From Zygophlyctis sp. KS116 (Eukaryota > Fungi > Chytridiomycota): a stretch of 24,523 bases of DNA. Both the position numbers and the translations under genes were made by a program. The stretch lies in NCBI GenBank assembly GCA_054661495.1, contig BAAFSQ010000149.1:1-24523 (forward strand), in the 5' to 3' direction. Below are positions 21,660-24,523 of the stretch, piece by piece. Numbering within the stretch: the stretch's first letter is position 1; each line of letters begins with the position of its first letter. Under the pieces are notes generated by a model. It saw only the letters and a list, made by a program, of their open reading frames with translations, searched no databases and had not been told where the DNA came from.

Positions 21660-22725
21660 TATTAGCCATTATACTTCTATTTTCTGGGGAGGGCTACCCT
21701 GCGAGCTATTTGTATTTGGACCGGAATTACCAAGAAAACGATAGGAAATTGGCCATTAAAGAGGGTTAGGTTCTGCACAACAAGTGTGGCCAGATGCCAC
21801 CGTTTCTCTGTGCTTGTGGCTTATATTAAAAGCAATAGAGAGACGACTATTGGAGCCTAAAAATGTGAAAAATGTTGATTTCCTAAGTTATTCTTCGAAT
21901 TTTTTTTATGCAGAAATTCTGCCTTGGATGATGATTTGAAGCTGACATTAATTCAAAAATCTCCCTCATTCAATAAAAGTCATATACCTTCTAAAAAAGA
22001 AGTCAGCTTTATTTTGGAAATGGTCACTTTCTTAGACACCCATTGATTCCTAATGAAAATGGTAGAAATTTGTCTTTTAAACAGATTCGAGATAAATCGT
22101 GGCAAGAAATCATGAAATATTGTTTAGAAAATGCGTACTATGATGCAAGTAACTATTTATGGAAAGAATGGTCTAAGAACTGCATGCTTTGGATGTGTGC
22201 AGATGAAGAGGGATATATCTGTAGGTACAGGACATCAATGTTTGCTGAGTTCCACTACAGAGGCAAATTAAAAAAGATGTCAAAACAGGATGCTTTACCA
22301 ATAAAATAGGCTGGGTATGCAGCTGTGAAGATTTTACTCACTCTGCGTACTTTTTAAGCCCACATTTAACCAAAGAATCAGATATGCCTAATCATTTTTC
22401 TGAAATCTGAATAAGGGATAACTTACCTTTTTTAAATCTTTTAAAACATTATGTAAGTATATTGACAGAGTCTCAAAACGATCAAGCGCAAGAAGTTTTA
22501 TCTAATCTAACAGTACAGCAACCGCTCTCTGAATACAAAAAGCTAAAAAATCTCTTAGATTGCCTTAGCAAATATTTAGAAGAAAATAAGCACAATGTAA
22601 AACAATTGAAAGTTTTAGACGAAAGCTTAGAAGAAGCTAAAACTTATCAAAATTCTGTTTCAAATTACCAGAAATCAAATCAAATTCCAAGAACTTATCT
22701 TAATAAATACACAATGTTTCTTTAA
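21660..22725 (+). mobile_element. MULE transposase relic (copy 1)
   Basis: FSGEGYPASYLYL; AQQVWPDATVSLCLWLILKAIERRL; HPLIP..EIMKYC..YLWKEW..RTSMFAEFHYR; ends SNQIPRTYLNKYTMFL*. Confidence 0.82.
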
Positions 22726-22764
22726 AATATTCTTTTTAGCAAAAAACTCGTTCTAAAATGAACC

Positions 22765-23193
22765 TATTCCAATGTTAAGTGGCGCGTCCGCGTGAGCGGG
22801 CGAAAAATGTCAAGTTTTGAACTATAGTAAGAAGGAAAATATTGATTGATTTATAGATTTTATTACAATATTCAAATTTAAAAAACTTAAGATATTCTAT
22901 TAGTAACATAATTTACAAATATATCCTGATTCTCCGTAAGTTTCCGAGACTTGAAATTTGAAACTTGAACTCTAAAACTCTCACATAAAGAGATAGAAGT
23001 TGAATGTTGAAAGTTGATACTTTCAACTTTCGGAAAATTAAAAAACTCTGAATAATCTAAGAAATTATTTCAAGTTTTTCAATTTGTTTATTATAATAAA
23101 ATCTATAAATCAATCCATCTTTTCCTTGTTCTTCTACTTGAAAATTGACATCTTACGCCCGCTCACGCGGACGCGCCACTTGGCATTGGAATA
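22765..23193. mobile_element. 429-bp foldback MITE with long TIRs (possible TA TSD)
   Basis: Left end tattccaatgttaagtggcgcgtccgcgtgagcgggcg versus reverse complement of right end tattccaatgccaagtggcgcgtccgcgtgagcgggcg. Inverted identity continues for ~130 bp and patchily towards the centre. TA at both ends. No ORF. Confidence 0.9.
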
Positions 23194-23315
23194 CATATTA
23201 TGTTGTTGAAGTATAAGTTTTTACAAAGAATAATTTTATAACAGTGTAAATTTAAAATTATATATACAAAAAAAAATTCAAAAATGAATCCATTCTTGGT
23301 TTCTTTCAGGTGATT

Positions 23316-24523
23316 TTATTGGAACATTGTGTATTTATTCAAATCGCTGCTCCAAGTTCTTGGTATTTTATTTGAGTCCAGATATTTAATCACTTCATGC
23401 AACTTGTTTGAATGCTCGTATTTTGATTCTCCGATATAGGCACTATAGATTTATTTTGGTCAATTTGGATCAATGGTACACAATCATTAATTTCTATCTG
23501 CGAAGCAAACTTTGGAAGATCAATGCTTTTGACCAAATGCTTCCATAAAAAGAATTGAGAATGTAGAAAATCAGAAGTTTGATTTGTTGAAAACTCCGTC
23601 GTATTTATTTTTTTCTGAGAAACCTCCCACTCTTTCTGAAACTCATGAAACCAGTATGGTGTTCGACGTTTAACTTTAGTTTGATTTAATTTTAAACGAA
23701 ACGGGTAAGATTTGGCCTTATAACAGTAGGTCAGCATTTCCAAACAGCTGAAATTCCTGATATCTAGATAAGAATTTTGAGTAGTATTATCATTTGGGAT
23801 TAAACTATGTTGTAGAAAGTGCTTCTTAACCATTTCCAATATTTCTGAGATTTGTGTTTTTGAAGGATGCCGAAGTTTGCCTGATGCTATTTCATCCTCA
23901 TTTTTTTTTTAAAATCTTCATTTATACAAGTTTACATGATTCCTTAAACGGTTACCTTATAGATTTGATTTCCTAAGGACCTGAAAGCCTTTTTTTAATC
24001 GCCCTCAATACATGATGCCACAAGCACAAATTTACAGTAGCGTTTGGCCATAAACTTTGAGCAGCTGCTATTTGGCCTCTTTCTTTATTCATCTTGATAG
24101 ATCTAGGCAAAATATTATTTTCTTTTAAACTATTAAACCTTAAATTCTTTTTACCATTTTGTTATCGCTGCTTTCCTATCATTTTCTTGAAATTTTCTCT
24201 CTAAATAGAAGTAGCTTCCTGGATAGCCTTCCCCTTCAAAAAGCAGTATCAACGCAAATAATTCGAATCCTTCCCTTTTTGACTTAAATGTTGAATCTAC
24301 AAATATGTAGAAGGAGTCAAGATTGACAAAGTTTGTTGTGAAATAAATGTGTTTTTGAGGAATTTCTAATACTTGAGAAGTACAACCAGAAGCAGTTAAA
24401 ACATCTATGCACGAATCATTATTTCCATATGCGTTATCACACTTAGTATTGAATTTGGAAGCATTTCATTGAGTTGATCTCTTTTAAGATTTTCCATTGC
24501 AAGTTGATTTATTTTTCTTAAAG
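23316..24523 (-). mobile_element. MULE transposase relic (copy 2; probably continues past window edge)
   Basis: IFVDSTF..FELFALILLFEGEGYPGSYFYL; NKERGQIAAAQSLWPNATVNLCLWHHVLRAIKKRL; HFLQHSLIP; SQFFLWKHLV (SWIM remnant); ends SNKIPRTWSSDLNKYTMFQ*. Confidence 0.85.

Noticed and set aside
23956-23980. 25-nt GT-AG intron candidate in the minus-strand MULE
   Set aside because: The segment (SGP*EIKSI) aligns with coding LEPKNVKNV in the paralog, so it is more likely exon with a nonsense mutation.
4157-24523. Stop-codon reassignment (TAR read as Gln) suggested by TAG at the conserved Gln in QTNG*VER
   Set aside because: Other in-frame TAGs sit where Trp (KL*KT) or Tyr (LW*NR) is expected, frameshifts are abundant, and homologous MULE C-termini both end at TAA. 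This is ordinary decay.

Overview
AT-rich eukaryotic DNA read in the standard genetic code. The element families suggest an early-diverging fungus or similar microbial eukaryote; this is an inference. The only plausible host gene is the 3' end of an acidic-repeat, putatively GPI-anchored surface protein (1-371). The rest is a dense set of nested, internally deleted transposon relics: several Ty1/copia pieces (two of one family with a 132-bp TGTTGAA..TTCAACA LTR and an apparent half-tRNA-Ile primer site), three Ty3/gypsy integrase fragments, a Crypton/NDC10-like tyrosine recombinase, a hAT fused to a MULE core, a KDZ transposase, a TIR/TSD-bounded MULE deletion derivative, and two tail-to-tail MULEs separated by a 429-bp foldback MITE. 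Three observations stand out. (i) The Crypton frame is restored by removing about 7 ultra-short GT-AG introns of 24-33 nt. (ii) An unassigned two-copy protein family (motif AEY[SA]KLPGTVLR, tentatively DUF3987-like) may mark an undescribed mobile element. (iii) The copia PBS matches the anticodon arm of tRNA-Ile(IAU) and abuts the gag ATG. No rRNA, tRNA, CRISPR or intact autonomous element was seen. All assignments come from manual motif recognition, with no database searches, and most boundaries are approximate.
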